A stretch of 63,725 bases of DNA, the filler included, from Octopus bimaculoides (taxonomy: Eukaryota): the NCBI RefSeq assembly GCF_001194135.2. It is 5 parts of 5 records of this genome, joined end to end, with 100 filler letters (N's around TTAATTAATTAA, not from the genome) between each part and the next. Parts side by side here need not be neighbours in the genome. Positions count along the whole stretch, not along the records: positions 1 to 20,381 come from NC_068991.1; positions 20,482 to 41,313 come from NC_069003.1; 3 more parts are not named here. One strand, 5' to 3'. Made by a program: the position numbers and the translations under genes. Within the stretch, counting starts at the first letter, position 1; the number at the start of each line of letters is the position of its first letter. The notes beneath the pieces are model-generated. The model was not told where the DNA came from, ran no database searches, and saw only the letters and a list, made by a program, of their open reading frames with translations. This document shows positions 10,570-21,847 of this stretch, piece after piece.

Positions 10570-13559
10570 GTAAGTTGTATTTCTTTCTGTTCAAATTATT
10601 GATTCTTATTTACATTTCAAAACTCAGTTTCTATTTAAAGAAAAAAATCTTCAGCCGTTGTCCGGTATATTCATGTCACCTTTTATTGAAAATGGCTCTC
10701 CTTGTTTTCCTTTGCCGTTTCCTCCCATGCTGCATTATAAGTTACGGAATCTTGATTGCATGTTTGCCAAATGTTGTTACCGAGCTAATAAATTCATTGT
10801 GATCTTAATAAAAAAAAAAAATTCTATATCGATCGTGTATCGATATAGTTAGCTTCACTAGTTGATTGCCTCAACGGTTTTCATTTATAAAGCTTCATTT
10901 TACTCCCTTTGATATAAATTGTATGAAATTTTCTTAGCATTACTTTCATTTTCTTAAGATAAAAATCTCGAGACCTAATAATTTCCTCTTTGAAAAATTA
11001 GAATTTTTAAAATTTTGAATGTGATTATTCATTTAGCAATGTATAATTTCACTGGTTATATTTCAAGTTCTAAAGATCTCAGAACCTACTACTTTCATTT
11101 TGCAACCCCCCCTCACCCTGCACTAATTAGAAATTTTTTTTTGCGTCGGCCATTTTTTCGACCCCTCGCTGACGACTTTTTGACGGAAGGGGGAAAGAAT
11201 GAAATTTTAATATTTTATTGCAACGTTGAAATAATTTCGACTAACATCTTCGTTCGCATTAAATAACCACGAATTATTAATTGTGTGTCTGAAAACAAAG
11301 GCAACTACTGTTCTGCTTTTACGGATGCGAATGTGAACCAACACCATCATCATTGCGGCTCCAACAAAACTAGGTCACCCGCTTGATACCGCCACTGTTG
11401 CTGCAACTGCCGCCGCCGCTCCTCCCACTTAGAGGACGTTCTCTTTATATATTCTCCTTCTCGCTTATTAATATACCTCCTACCAACGCTCGTTTGCAAT
11501 TCTCCTCCTGATGTCTTCCACCTCTTATGCAGTCAAGGGAGGAGGAGGAAGGGGAGGCGTACCCTTTCTCTCTAGTCTCATCTCTCCACCGCTAACGACT
11601 GCACGTCGGGCATTTTTAGGTTTAAATGCCTCTCAGTTAAAACAGTCGCAGGAAGAATCTTGTTCTCGAAATATTTTGAGGAAGCGATTTACTAACTTGG
11701 GTTTTTGATTCCTTTTTGAGAAATCATTTCAACTACTATTCAAATGAAGAAGACAAAGATTAGAGGTAACCATTCTCTTTTCTGTTTCTCCCTCCATTGT
11801 ATTATATATTGCTGGTTATTTGCTTCAATATTGAGCTTCAACGGTATCCATCTTGTTTTTACGTTGTCTTTGCTGCATTTTTATGTCTCAAGATTTTCCC
11901 ATTATCCTCTTTACATTAATCTGTTGTTTTTTTTTTTTTTTTTTTTTTNNNNNNNNNNNNNNNNNNNNNNNNNNNNNNNNNNNNNNNNNNNNNNNNNNNN
12001 NNNNNNNNNNNNNNNNNNNNNNNNNNNNNNNNNNNNNNNNNNNNNNNNNNNNNNNNNNNNNNNNNNNNNNNNNNNNNNNNNNNNNNNNNNNNNNNNNNNN
12101 NNNNNNNNNNNNNNNNNNNNNNNNNNNNNNNNNNNNNNNNNNNNNNNNNNNNNNNNNNNNNNNNNNNNNNNNNNNNNNNNNNNNNNNNNNNNNNNNNNNN
12201 NNNNNNNNNNNNNNNNNNNNNNNNNNNNNNNNNNNNNNNNNNNNNNNNNNNNNNNNNNNNNNNNNNNNNNNNNNNNNNNNNNNNNNNNNNNNNNNNNNNN
12301 NNNNNNNNNNNNNNNNNNNNNNNNNNNNNNNNNNNNNNNNNNNNNNNNNNNNNNNNNNNNNNNNNNNNNNNNNNNNNNNNNNNNNNNNNNNNNNNNNNNN
12401 NNNNNNNNNNNNNNNNNNNNNNNNNNNNNNNNNNNNNNNNNNNNNNNNNNNNNNNNNNNNNNNNNNNNNNNNNNNNNNNNNNNNNNNNNNNNNNNNNNNN
12501 NNNNNNNNNNNNNNNNNNNNNNNNNNNNNNNNNNNNNNNNNNNNNNNNNNNNNNNNGCAGGAAGAATCTTGTTCTCGAAATATTTTGAGGAAGCGATTTA
12601 CTAACTTGGGTTTTTGATTCCTTTTTGAGAAATCATTTCAACTACTATTCAAATGAAGAAGACAAAGATTAGAGGTAACCATTCTCTTTTCTGTTTCTCC
12701 CTCCATTGTATTATATATTGCTGGTTATTTGCTTCAATATTGAGCTTCAACGGTATCCATCTTGTTTTTACGTTGTCTTTGCTGCATTTTTATGTCTCAA
12801 GATTTTCCCATTATCCTCTTTACATTAATCTGTTGTTTTTTTTTTTTTGTTTTTTTTTATAAACCACCATTACGACGAATCTCATATATTCTAATTCTTC
12901 TCCGTAGATATCTAGTCGCTATAACTTTTCTGTTAGTGAATGTCCTTAAGTTTCCTGATCTGAATGTTGACTTCGGTTTGGTAACTTCATTCTTCTTGGG
13001 TCGATAGTAAAGAAAAAATTTAGAGGAAAGGCTCGTCGTCTGCCTGCGTGACGGTGCGATTCACACATATTTGAGGGAGCGATTTGCTCGTTGATGGCAA
13101 TTTTCATTATTCGGAGCAGGAATAGCTAGAATTGGTTAAATTGAGATTTTCATTTTCCGGTGTTTACAAGTTGAAAATAAGTTCAGTTTGCTGTTGCGCA
13201 AAGTGATTGGTGAAAAAAAATTGGGGTTCTGCTAGGTGTCCTTTAAGAGGGTTAAATTTTATTAAAAAACAATATTTACCTTTGGATACATAATACGATT
13301 TTATGTGTATTTTCCGTTCACATTTTTAGAATTACAAAATGAAATTTTAAAAATTATGATGACAGGTTATTAATAGAATTTGAATATGCGTTCTGGGATT
13401 TCAGGGAAATAGGGAACCATTGATGGATCTACAAAAGATTCTGTCGCTGTTAAAGTCTATTTAAATGGCTATCTTCCTGTAATTTTATTGATCAAAATAT
13501 AGTTTCGGATTTTTTTTGTCGCCCTCATTGAATCCATTGTCTTTTCAACATTTTTCCAG

Positions 13560-13681
13560 TGGCAGATGACGATTCTCTTGGAGATGACGCTCTACTTGAA
13601 GAAGAAGCACCGGACGAATCTTCTCAGGATTTAGATGGTGGTAACATGGATGAGTCTGCTCTTGAGGTTGATGGCAACGAG
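13560..13681 (+). CDS. HNRNPUL1: hnRNP U-like exon 2 (acidic low-complexity region)
   Basis: Acceptor tttttccAG (13558-9), donor GTACAG at 13682; phase 1 to 0; (V)ADDDSLGDDALLEEEAPDESSQDLDGGNMDESALEVDGNE, in frame with exon 1. Confidence 0.85.
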
Positions 13682-13803
13682 GTACAGTTTTAAATTTACA
13701 ATAATTTCTACGATTTTGTTCTAAATAAGCATTTAATCATTTTGATAGGTTTTTGTAACAGTGTTTCATTTAAGGGGTATTTTTTCTTTGTGTAATTGTG
13801 AAG

Positions 13804-13939
13804 GATGGCGATAATGATGTTGGTGAAGGAGAGGAAGAGGAGGAGGAAGAACAAAATTGCGATGAGATGCCAGAAGGAGAAGAATTTCAAACTATCGATG
13901 AAACTTCTCAAGATGATGGACAACGAGATCAGGCTAAAG
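13804..13939 (+). CDS. HNRNPUL1: hnRNP U-like exon 3 (acidic region)
   Basis: Follows a 122-nt intron; DGDNDVGEGEEEEEEEQNCDEMPEGEEFQTIDETSQDDGQRDQAK; donor G|GTAAGA at 13940; phase 0 to 1; acceptor (gtgaAG) is weak. Confidence 0.82.
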
Positions 13940-14584
13940 GTAAGATTTCTCAATCTTAAATTTCGGAAAGACAATTGAAACCTCGTAAGACGGGCTGTTT
14001 AAGTGGCTGGGATTGACAACTTTCAAAGCACACTGTTCTTAGAAAGAACTTTGGATAATGTGACCCAGTATGGTCACAGTTGGAATGCTTTTAATCGATA
14101 TGACATGATGCTATGCACCAAATATGAAATTTTTGTCACGATGGAACTTGGCACATTTCTTCTAGTGCTATGTTATAATGTGATTGATAATTTAAGTGTA
14201 CGGTTGTGAGGCCCTCTTTAACCCCTTTTATTGCTGAAGACATCCTCTCAAAAAAAAATTTGACTATCCTGTGGAAAGCACTTTTACATGCCAATTGTTG
14301 AGTAATGTCATGTTTAAAACTTTTGAGACATTACTTGAAAATACTTCTATTATTTTGTGGTTTCTAATGGAATGACCATGAAATTTAATTACATAGTTAT
14401 AGGGTTCATTTTTTTCTCGTATCAAAAGAAAATACTCAGTAATGTGTGGTTAAAGGAAGAGTATATCCAGCTATACAAACCAAGTCAAATGACTTGTACA
14501 AGCACCAGTTTTTAAGAGCAGTGTTTCCTAATAAAAACTCTGACAATCCCTACCAGCAATAGGAAGCATACACAAAATGTTTAA

Positions 14585-14752
14585 CTTTTTAGCATTCACA
14601 TTATTCTGTCAAAAGTAATGCTTATTCATTGACATTGATTTTAATTAATTAATTGTGCATTGTTTTGTAGATTTAGGCTAGATCTAGTCAGTTTAAACGA
14701 TAAAACAAGTTGAGTATTTTGTCCAGATAAGACTGGTTTAAATGCTAAAGGG
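14585..14752. mobile_element. TTAA-type (piggyBac-related) MITE
   Basis: TTAA-CTTTTTAGCATT ... AATGCTAAAGGG-TTGA terminal inverted repeats; related copy at 32737-32956. Confidence 0.65.
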
Positions 14753-15385
14753 TTGAGTGTAAAAATTTGAAGAAAAAATTTAAATATTTAAGTTTTAAAG
14801 TTTCAATAAAAAGCAGTTGGAGAATTAAAGAAATAAACATACACAGTAAATTTGCTGAAAATGAATACCTTGCTTGTCATAAAGGTGAACATTTTCAATA
14901 TTAGTTGCTTAATTGGTCTTTTTAGTTTTGAAATTTCAGCAAGTTCATTAACAAATTTTTTTTTTCTCTTTGTATGTAAGTATAAAGATGAAATCTTTGT
15001 ACATTATTCAAAATGTTCATCTTATATTGATAAACATTTTCAAAAAGTTTGTCTGCTTTCCATTACTATATTTTGTAAGAATTGATATTTTGGTATGCCT
15101 CACTTGACACATAGCTGTTTTAATCACTGGAGATTGAACAGAAAAAGGAAAGAAAACCCAAAATTTAGAATTATACTACCCTTCCCACTTAATTTTGGAG
15201 TATGCAACAGACCATAACATTTCCATTCCCTTTCTTTTAAAAAACATTTTTCTGAATTGTTTTTAAACAATGAAGCAATTCTGCAAAATAAAAATAAAAT
15301 CTACTTTCGAGTCAAATATTCTGTTTATAAACAGGATGGTGTTATATTTTTCACATTCAATTGTTCAATCTTCCTTCCCTAAAAT

Positions 15386-15895
15386 TACAAGGTAATTCGA
15401 AATGAATGGTACAAAAGAAAACTTGTTGTAATGAATGTATTGCAAAAATACAAATGTAACATGAAAGCTTAATTCTAAGTTTACTGACTGTCACAAATGT
15501 TGAATGCGAGTGCTCTTTTCCCCCACAGCAGACGTCTACATAATAGTGTAGCCTGATTATTTAAGTTGATTGCATCACCTATCTGCTGTGTGAATCCCTG
15601 TAAGTCCTGTGGAAGTGGCTGTATAAACACTGTGTCCTTCAGATACCCCCAAAGCAAAGTCACAAGGTGTTAAGTTGGGGTGACCTGGAGGAGTAGACCA
15701 TAATATCAATGGTAAAACACTCAATCCAGTGTTCTGGAAGATGCTGGTTGATGTAATTAATCATGTATATGTCTATGCCCATGTAACGGAGCCCTGACTT
15801 GCTGCATCATGGAGTTGGGTACTTCTTCCAACTGGGGAAACAACCAAATGGACAGCATGTGAAATTAGGTGGACCATTTGTTTTGAATTACTATT
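15386..15895 (-). mobile_element. Tc1/mariner-superfamily transposase 3' remnant with TIR
   Basis: Minus strand gives MLSIWLFPQLEE...MMQQ..AP.H, ...PRSP.LTPCDF.LWGYLKDTVF (frameshifted); terminus TA-CAAGGTAATTCGAAATGAATGG at 15386. Confidence 0.8.
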
Positions 15896-15989
15896 TATAG
15901 CTCAATTTTCCATATTTTGTGATAATTAGTGTGTCTTGTGTATATATATTATACATACTCATGTGTACAGTTGTAGATTTGTGCCTGTT

Positions 15990-16026
<37 letters not shown>

Positions 16027-16079
16027 TTATCCTAAGTAGACAGGTTGGCATCTAGTTGCAAAGCACTACTGCATAAGTA

Positions 16080-16520
16080 TGTTTGCATATAGGTGGAGTT
16101 CAGCCCAAAATATACCATGGTATCCTCATTGTTATCAGACTTCAGTGAGACAGATAGTAAGAGCAGAATTCAATCTTTTTTTCGATGGTGGCTAAGTTGC
16201 TTAGTGTGAAGACATTGAAGTTTGAGATGTGGAATGTAAGGATAAGACAGTGATCAGAAGAGTTAACATGTGGAGGCAGTGGAAGGTAAATGTGAGGGGG
16301 GAAATTGATTAATAAGTTTATAGCAATAATCTGTGGATGATATTGTGCCATGATTTCATTATATGTGAGCGAGGAGTCAGGAGTTGGTGATTGTGGATAA
16401 GATTGCAAACAGCTAGCTAACATAAGAGGCTAAAAGTTTTGGTAGGTATTAAGCAGCAGGTAGTTGGATATGAATTGACAGATGTGGGTTGGTGGATTGC
16501 ATTCTAGTAATTTGGCAGTT
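16080..16520 (-). mobile_element. Probable LINE apurinic endonuclease remnant
   Basis: LPPHVNSSDHCLILTF resembles the APE C-terminal SDH motif; heavily decayed. Confidence 0.4.
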
Positions 16521-16829
16521 GTGAGCATTTCTCTTGTATAAAAAGAAAGGTGATTATCTTGACAAGAAGTTTCCAGTCTTTGATCCTTGTGGAACACTGG
16601 AGATCAAAACATAAAAACTGATGTACTTTGCATGGAAGTTAAAAGCGAAATTAGAAATTTCAAAATTATTAGCCATATGTATAAACAGAATTTGTTACCC
16701 ATTTTTTAGTGCTTAGATATTTGTATAGATATTTTTTAAATCTATAAATTAAATGAAGCAGGAACGAGTTTGAGGTGCTACAGTGGTATTAAGTATTATT
16801 TTGTAATGGTAGTGCTGAAGAAATTAAAT

Positions 16830-17420
16830 GCAAGTTACTATATGCAGATGACCATGTTAATAGCACAGATAAATAGGTGGGAAGAATATCTGGAGGCAAA
16901 AAGTATGAAGGTGAATAACTGGGTAGACAAAAGTGATGACAAGTAGTAAAGTATGTGAGAAGATGGAAAGAACAGGGAAATAGTCGTGTGCATTGTGCAG
17001 TAAGTGTAAGAGGGTTGTATAATGCAAAAGCTATAGATTGAAGTTATGTTGGCATGGGTTTTAGAGATGGTGTGAAAATGTTACCCAGTCGCTAGTGAAA
17101 TGTGTGTAAAAGAACTTCGGGCGACTGAGTGATGTGTTAACAAGAAAGTTGTTGAAACTAAAGGAAAAACTGGATACTGCAAGTGAGTAATACTATAATT
17201 TATGGAAATAAGACATGGGTAACAAATGTGGAGAACCAGGAACGGTTAGAAAGAGAGGGAATGGTTTGGTAGTTAAGAACATAGATGTGAAGTTAAATGT
17301 GATGAGGTGGCTGGGTTATGTGGTTTGGGAAGCCTCAAAGTTACAGTGGATGGGAATTAAGCAAAAAGTATAGAACGGGGTAGTGGGAAGATGATGGGAC
17401 AAAATGGTGACTTCGGAATA
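16830..17420 (+). mobile_element. Highly degraded RTE-clade LINE fragment
   Basis: LLYADD followed by WEEYLEAKSMKVN..KVMTSSK..TGK..CALC-like residues, same layout as the other RTE fragments. Confidence 0.6.
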
Positions 17421-18083
17421 TTCTAAAATCATGAAGGTGTGTATATGCATGTAATATAAAACATTTGTGTGAAATACCCACTCTACATGTAATTACATTG
17501 TCCTAAGAAAAATTGAGGAGTGCTTAAGGTATTTAAGATAATTAGAATAGTAAAATAAAAGTTCTGTTCAGCTGGTGCAAGATAAAAAGATTACTTGCAT
17601 GTATGGTGGATTTCACATTTTTGTAGGCATTTACATAAAAGCATATGAAATTTTTTCTTTTCAATGAAATACCACAATTGACTCCATTCTGTGTGTGAAT
17701 AGTAGTGTTCACTAGAGTGATTTATCCTGATGCTCTGACCTGGAATCGTCCAATATTTTCTTTATAGCTTTCTTTTTTTATGCTAGGCATTCTCTGAAAA
17801 GAAGCTTGTTCCATTCATGACAATTACTTTGGATTCCNNNNNNNNNNCCCCTCTTTGTAATATAGAATCCTGAGATATTTTGTGATGGTACAACTGCTGT
17901 TGATAAGGCTAAGTTTGTATATTTTCTGTTAGTAGCCCAAGTAACAATTTTAAGTTGGATGCAAATTTGATTAATTACAACCAGTTGATACTGATATGAT
18001 TTTTTTTACGTAGCTTTATTTTACTATTTTGAAAATTTTGCATAGGTAGGAATATTTTTATGAAACCCACTTATTTCTTGCAG

Positions 18084-18201
18084 ATGAAAAAGAAAAGAAA
18101 GCCCAAAAAAGAAAGCGTTCCCGTTCCAAAGAAAGGAGGTCAAGAGATCATTCTCGTCGTTCAACATCTCGGTCTCGTGATCGTGGAAGGCATTCACCAA
18201 G
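18084..18201 (+). CDS. HNRNPUL1: hnRNP U-like exon 4 (Arg/Ser-rich segment)
   Basis: Acceptor ttatttcttgcAG, donor AG|GTTTGA; phase 1 to 2 fits both neighbours; (D)EKEKKAQKRKRSRSKERRSRDHSRRSTSRSRDRGRHSP(R). Confidence 0.82.
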
Positions 18202-18854
18202 GTTTGACTGCTTTTACAATAGCTTTCAGAAATTTTTTCATTCTATTGATATTACTAGAGAAAAATATTTACATTGGACTAATCATTCACATGAGTTGAG
18301 TTTAATGTAGGAGTAATAATGGATAATGCCAAATAAAAATGGATTTCAGAATATTTTCAAGGTTTCTACTAAAAGGAAATTGCTTTAAAATCTAATCTAC
18401 TCTATGCAGGTGTGAATCAAACTAAATATTTGGTTTGAAACACTATTTGTAGGGATATCCAGTAAAGATGGAAACATTTATCACAATATTGCTTAGGAAA
18501 TTAGTTTGTATAATTATTAATCTAAGAATCTGTATATGAACCCTCTGGTCAGTTGTTTGAATTGCTAGAAATAACAATTATTTCAAATTGCATTACGGTC
18601 CTTAAAGGGCACTGGATAATGTCCTGAATGCATTGCTAGAAAAGAAAACTTTGCTGAAATCCCTATTGAACTAGGCTAACATAGGACTAAACAACTAGGT
18701 CCATGAACAATATTACCGTTTTGTTTGTGCTCCTTTTATTGTAACTATGGCTAACGTTAGATATTTTTCTTCTATCTTGAGGCTGGTATGTATTGTAAAA
18801 CCAAACTTGCTGATTTGTTCCAATTGTTACATATGCTATGCATTTAATTTGCAG

Positions 18855-18931
18855 GAGAAGTCCTACAGCTAAAAAAGTGGAAATGGAAGATGACAGTTGG
18901 GTTCAATCAACTGAAGTTATTTTGGACAGAT
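18855..18931 (+). CDS. HNRNPUL1: hnRNP U-like exon 5 (start of SPRY/B30.2)
   Basis: Acceptor tttgcAG, donor T|GTAAGT; phase 2 to 1; RSPTAKKVEMEDDSWVQSTEVILDR. Confidence 0.88.
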
Positions 18932-19052
18932 GTAAGTTTTTTCTTCACAAATTGTCTTTATTCAAAGCTCATCATCTTGTAAAACCTTTGCTATGTACTA
19001 AAATAATTTTCGTATTTTATTTCATTTTCATTCTGAAATTTTAATTATTCAG

Positions 19053-19192
19053 ATAATTCTGACTTGAATCTTCGTATTGATGAGAGCAATGTTAAGGCAC
19101 ACCCCCTCACTGCAGATGGTTTTGCTTTTATGTGGGCTGGAGCACGATCAAGTTATGGTGTCATAAATGGCAAGATTGCTTTTGAAGTTAAA
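19053..19192 (+). CDS. HNRNPUL1: hnRNP U-like exon 6 (SPRY domain)
   Basis: (Y)NSDLNLRIDESNVKAHPLTADGFAFMWAGARSSYGVINGKIAFEVK resembles the hnRNP U/UL1 SPRY pattern (YN.DL...PLT..GFA..W.GAR.SYGV..G...FE.K); acceptor ttcAG, donor GTGAGT; phase 1 to 0. Confidence 0.93.
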
Positions 19193-19511
19193 GTGAGTGT
19201 TCAACATTAAGTTCTAATTGACATAAGTATTAGATTCTAAATTATTGATATTAAATTTGAGACTTTCATGACTCAATTTTTGTTTTGATTTCTTAAATTT
19301 GAATTGTTGAAAGGTTACAAAATACAAACTAACCAAGTAGACAAATGAGCATCTACTCATTTGACTATATGACTAACTAAAGCTTTGACTGAAGTAGTTA
19401 GTCCTATTTATTTGTGATTATCATAAGAAAAAAAAAATTATAGATTTGATTGCTAATTTGAAATATTTGTGGATAAGGAGAAACTATAAGCTGAAATTAT
19501 TTCCACTTCAG

Positions 19512-19611
19512 ATTGGAGAAGAGCTCAATGTCAGTCATTTGCCATCAGAAGAACCAAATCCGAATGTTGTTAGAGTTGGTTGGTCAACAGATGCCTCAAA
19601 TTTACAATTAG
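19512..19611 (+). CDS. HNRNPUL1: hnRNP U-like exon 7 (SPRY domain); last exon found in window
   Basis: IGEELNVSHLPSEEPNPNVVRVGWSTDASNLQL(G) is closer to UL1-type HLPS.EP.P.VVR.GWS than to hnRNP U; acceptor cttcAG, donor G|GTGAGA; phase 0 to 1. Confidence 0.92.
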
Positions 19612-19659
19612 GTGAGAATATTCAATAGTTATATCTTTTCTAGAAGTTAATTTTATTAG

Positions 19660-19857
19660 CCCTTTTGTTACCAATCTGCCTGAGACTACGTCTGGATCTA
19701 GGATACAAGCATCCCGTTTTAAAGTGAGCTAAGTTCAAATCTTCCATCAAAATTTCATACTGATTTAAGTTTTAAGCACCAGCTTAATAATGAAATTATT
19801 TCACAAATTAATTGATGCAAAGGTTGTATATTCAACAGAAATATGGTAATGAAAAGG
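19660..19857. mobile_element. TTAA-type (piggyBac-related) MITE
   Basis: TTAG-CCCTTTTGTTACC ... GGTAATGAAAAGG-TTAA inverted termini. Confidence 0.7.
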
Positions 19858-19906
19858 TTAAAACACTCGACTTAAGCAGTATTTTGTATTTTCATACCTT
19901 GTTTAA

Positions 19907-20381
19907 CCCTTTCGTTACCAAGCCGCCCGAAAAAAATTTTGTTTCATGTGACCAAACCGCCCGTAATCACCTATTCATATTTAAATGAGAATATCTGAGC
20001 AAATCTCGGTAGTACATTCGTGAAAACAAGTGATTATTTGTGTAAACAGTTCAGTAATAGTTTTGTACGATGATCAACGTGCTTTTTTAAATTTTGTGAA
20101 TTTTGGGAGATTTTTTTCCAAATTTGTTCCTGTTGTGTTTTCAAAATTTGTAATCCTGACAAAAAAATGGATGCGAATTTTATTCTGTCAAGCAGCGAGT
20201 CAGAATTCGAAGGATTTTCCGTTGAAGGCCTTGATAAATTTAACTCTGTAACCGAAAAAAAAAAAGCACGTGGTATTTGATAATGAATCTGAGGTTTCAT
20301 TTTCCGAAAATGAAAGCAGTGAATCCAAGAGCTCCGATGATAGCGATAAAGAGAATGAATTAGTACCGGAATGGAGTGAAA
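19907..20381 (+). mobile_element. piggyBac-like element 5' end and transposase N-terminus, truncated by spacer
   Basis: TTAA (19903-6) then CCCTTTCGTTACC; ATG at 20168 begins MDANFILSSSESEFEGFSVE..., with acidic Ser-rich SESKSSDDSDKENELVPEWSE after a poly-A frameshift, typical of piggyBac N-termini. Confidence 0.7.
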
Positions 20382-20481
20382 NNNNNNNNNNNNNNNNNNN
20401 NNNNNNNNNNNNNNNNNNNNNNNNNTTAATTAATTAANNNNNNNNNNNNNNNNNNNNNNNNNNNNNNNNNNNNNNNNNNNN
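20382..20481. other. Artificial 100-bp scaffold spacer
   Basis: 44 N + TTAATTAATTAA (stops in all six frames) + 44 N. Confidence 0.95.
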
Positions 20482-21059
20482 TGAACTGTTATTTTAATGA
20501 TTTATGTCTATATACAACGGGCTTCTTTTGGTTTCTGTCTACTAAATCCATTCACAAGGCCTTGGTCAGCCTGAGTCTATAGTAGAAGACATTTGCCCAG
20601 GGTGCCATGCAGTGGGTCTGAACCCAGAATCATGTGGTTTGGAAGGAAGTTTCTTACCACACAACCATGCCTGCACCTATATAAAAATGTGATGGTTACA
20701 ATTGGAACATCTTTGGTCATAAGCAGAGTCTAAATAACACTGAGAAGCTGCTACTATGTGACTCCTCATTATTGCTAGAAATGGCATCCAAGTCATCCTC
20801 ATATCGTACTTATTGGATAATATAGTATCTTTTGTCTTCTACTAGTTTCAGCCATCAGACTGTGGCCATGCTGGAGTAATGCATTGAAGAAATTTTAGTT
20901 GAATGAATCAACTCCAGTACTTATTGTTGAAGTCCAGTATTTCTTCTATTGGTCACTTTTGGCAAACCACGAACTTATAGAGACATAAACACACCAACGC
21001 TGGTTGTCAAGCAATGGTGGTGGAGGGGGGATAATCACAAAATACACACACACGAGGGG

Positions 21060-21265
21060 GTGCTGACAGCTTTAATGGTATCGTGAAAGGCCTGGTGTCG
21101 TGGAGGCCCAACCTTCTGAGTCCTTTTACAGGGCTTAGAAAAACTGAAGGACCACTGCTATAAGTGTAAGAATTTGAGAGGGGAATATGTTGAATAAAAT
21201 TATAATAAAATCCTCCTGTATTTTCTTTTACCCAAAGCCAGAAACTTTTCAGCACCCTCCTCATA
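21060..21265 (+). mobile_element. mariner transposase C-terminus and 3' TIR
   Basis: EAQPSE..LQGLEKLKDHCYKCKNLRGEYVE* then AAACTTTTCAGCACCCTCCTCATA, similar to the end at 35461-35486. Confidence 0.75.
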
Positions 21266-21269
21266 TACG

Positions 21270-21300
<31 letters not shown>

Positions 21301-21847
21301 TACAAGAATTTATTATTAATTGTGACACTTGTTTCGACACATTTAGGATTGATCCCTCACAGGTGGGACACTCAATAATTGGTTCAGGAGTATCCAGTGG
21401 TGCAGATGTATCTCATCGAGTGATAAATAGACATTGTTGAACTGTTATTTTAATGATTTATGTCTATATACAACGGGCTTCTTTTGGTTTCTGTCTACTA
21501 AATCCATTCACAAGGCCTTGGTCAGCCTGAGTCTATAGTAGAAGACATTAGCCCAGGGTGCCATGCAGTGGGTCTGAACCCAGAATCATGTGGTTTGGAA
21601 GGAAGTTTCTTACCACACAACCATGCCTGCACCTATATAAAAATGTGATGGTTACAATTGGAACATCTTTGGTCATAAGTCTATTGAGTGAGAGATCAAG
21701 TGGGATCTAAAACAACCAAGTAACGAGGAACTTTAATGTGGTTCTTTATTGTTGCTAGAAATAGTGCCCAAGTCATCCTCAGACTATGCCTATTGGATGA
21801 TATAGTCCTAGATACATTGTGCCTGAATAAAACAGGAGTTGCTTTTA

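Noticed and set aside
10570-10802. Extension of the SAP ORF to 124 aa
   Set aside because: Read-through of intron 1 past the GTAAGT donor at 10570; homology stops there
13356-13460. ATGATGA as the C box of an intronic C/D snoRNA
   Set aside because: No CTGA D box or terminal stem at a suitable distance
18060-18299. Track ORF MKPTYFLQMKKKRKPKK...
   Set aside because: Wrong frame; the phase required by flanking exons gives the RS-rich reading of 18084-18201
21007-21264. Minus-strand 85-aa ORF as a possible exon
   Set aside because: It is the antisense of a mariner C-terminus and TIR on the + strand
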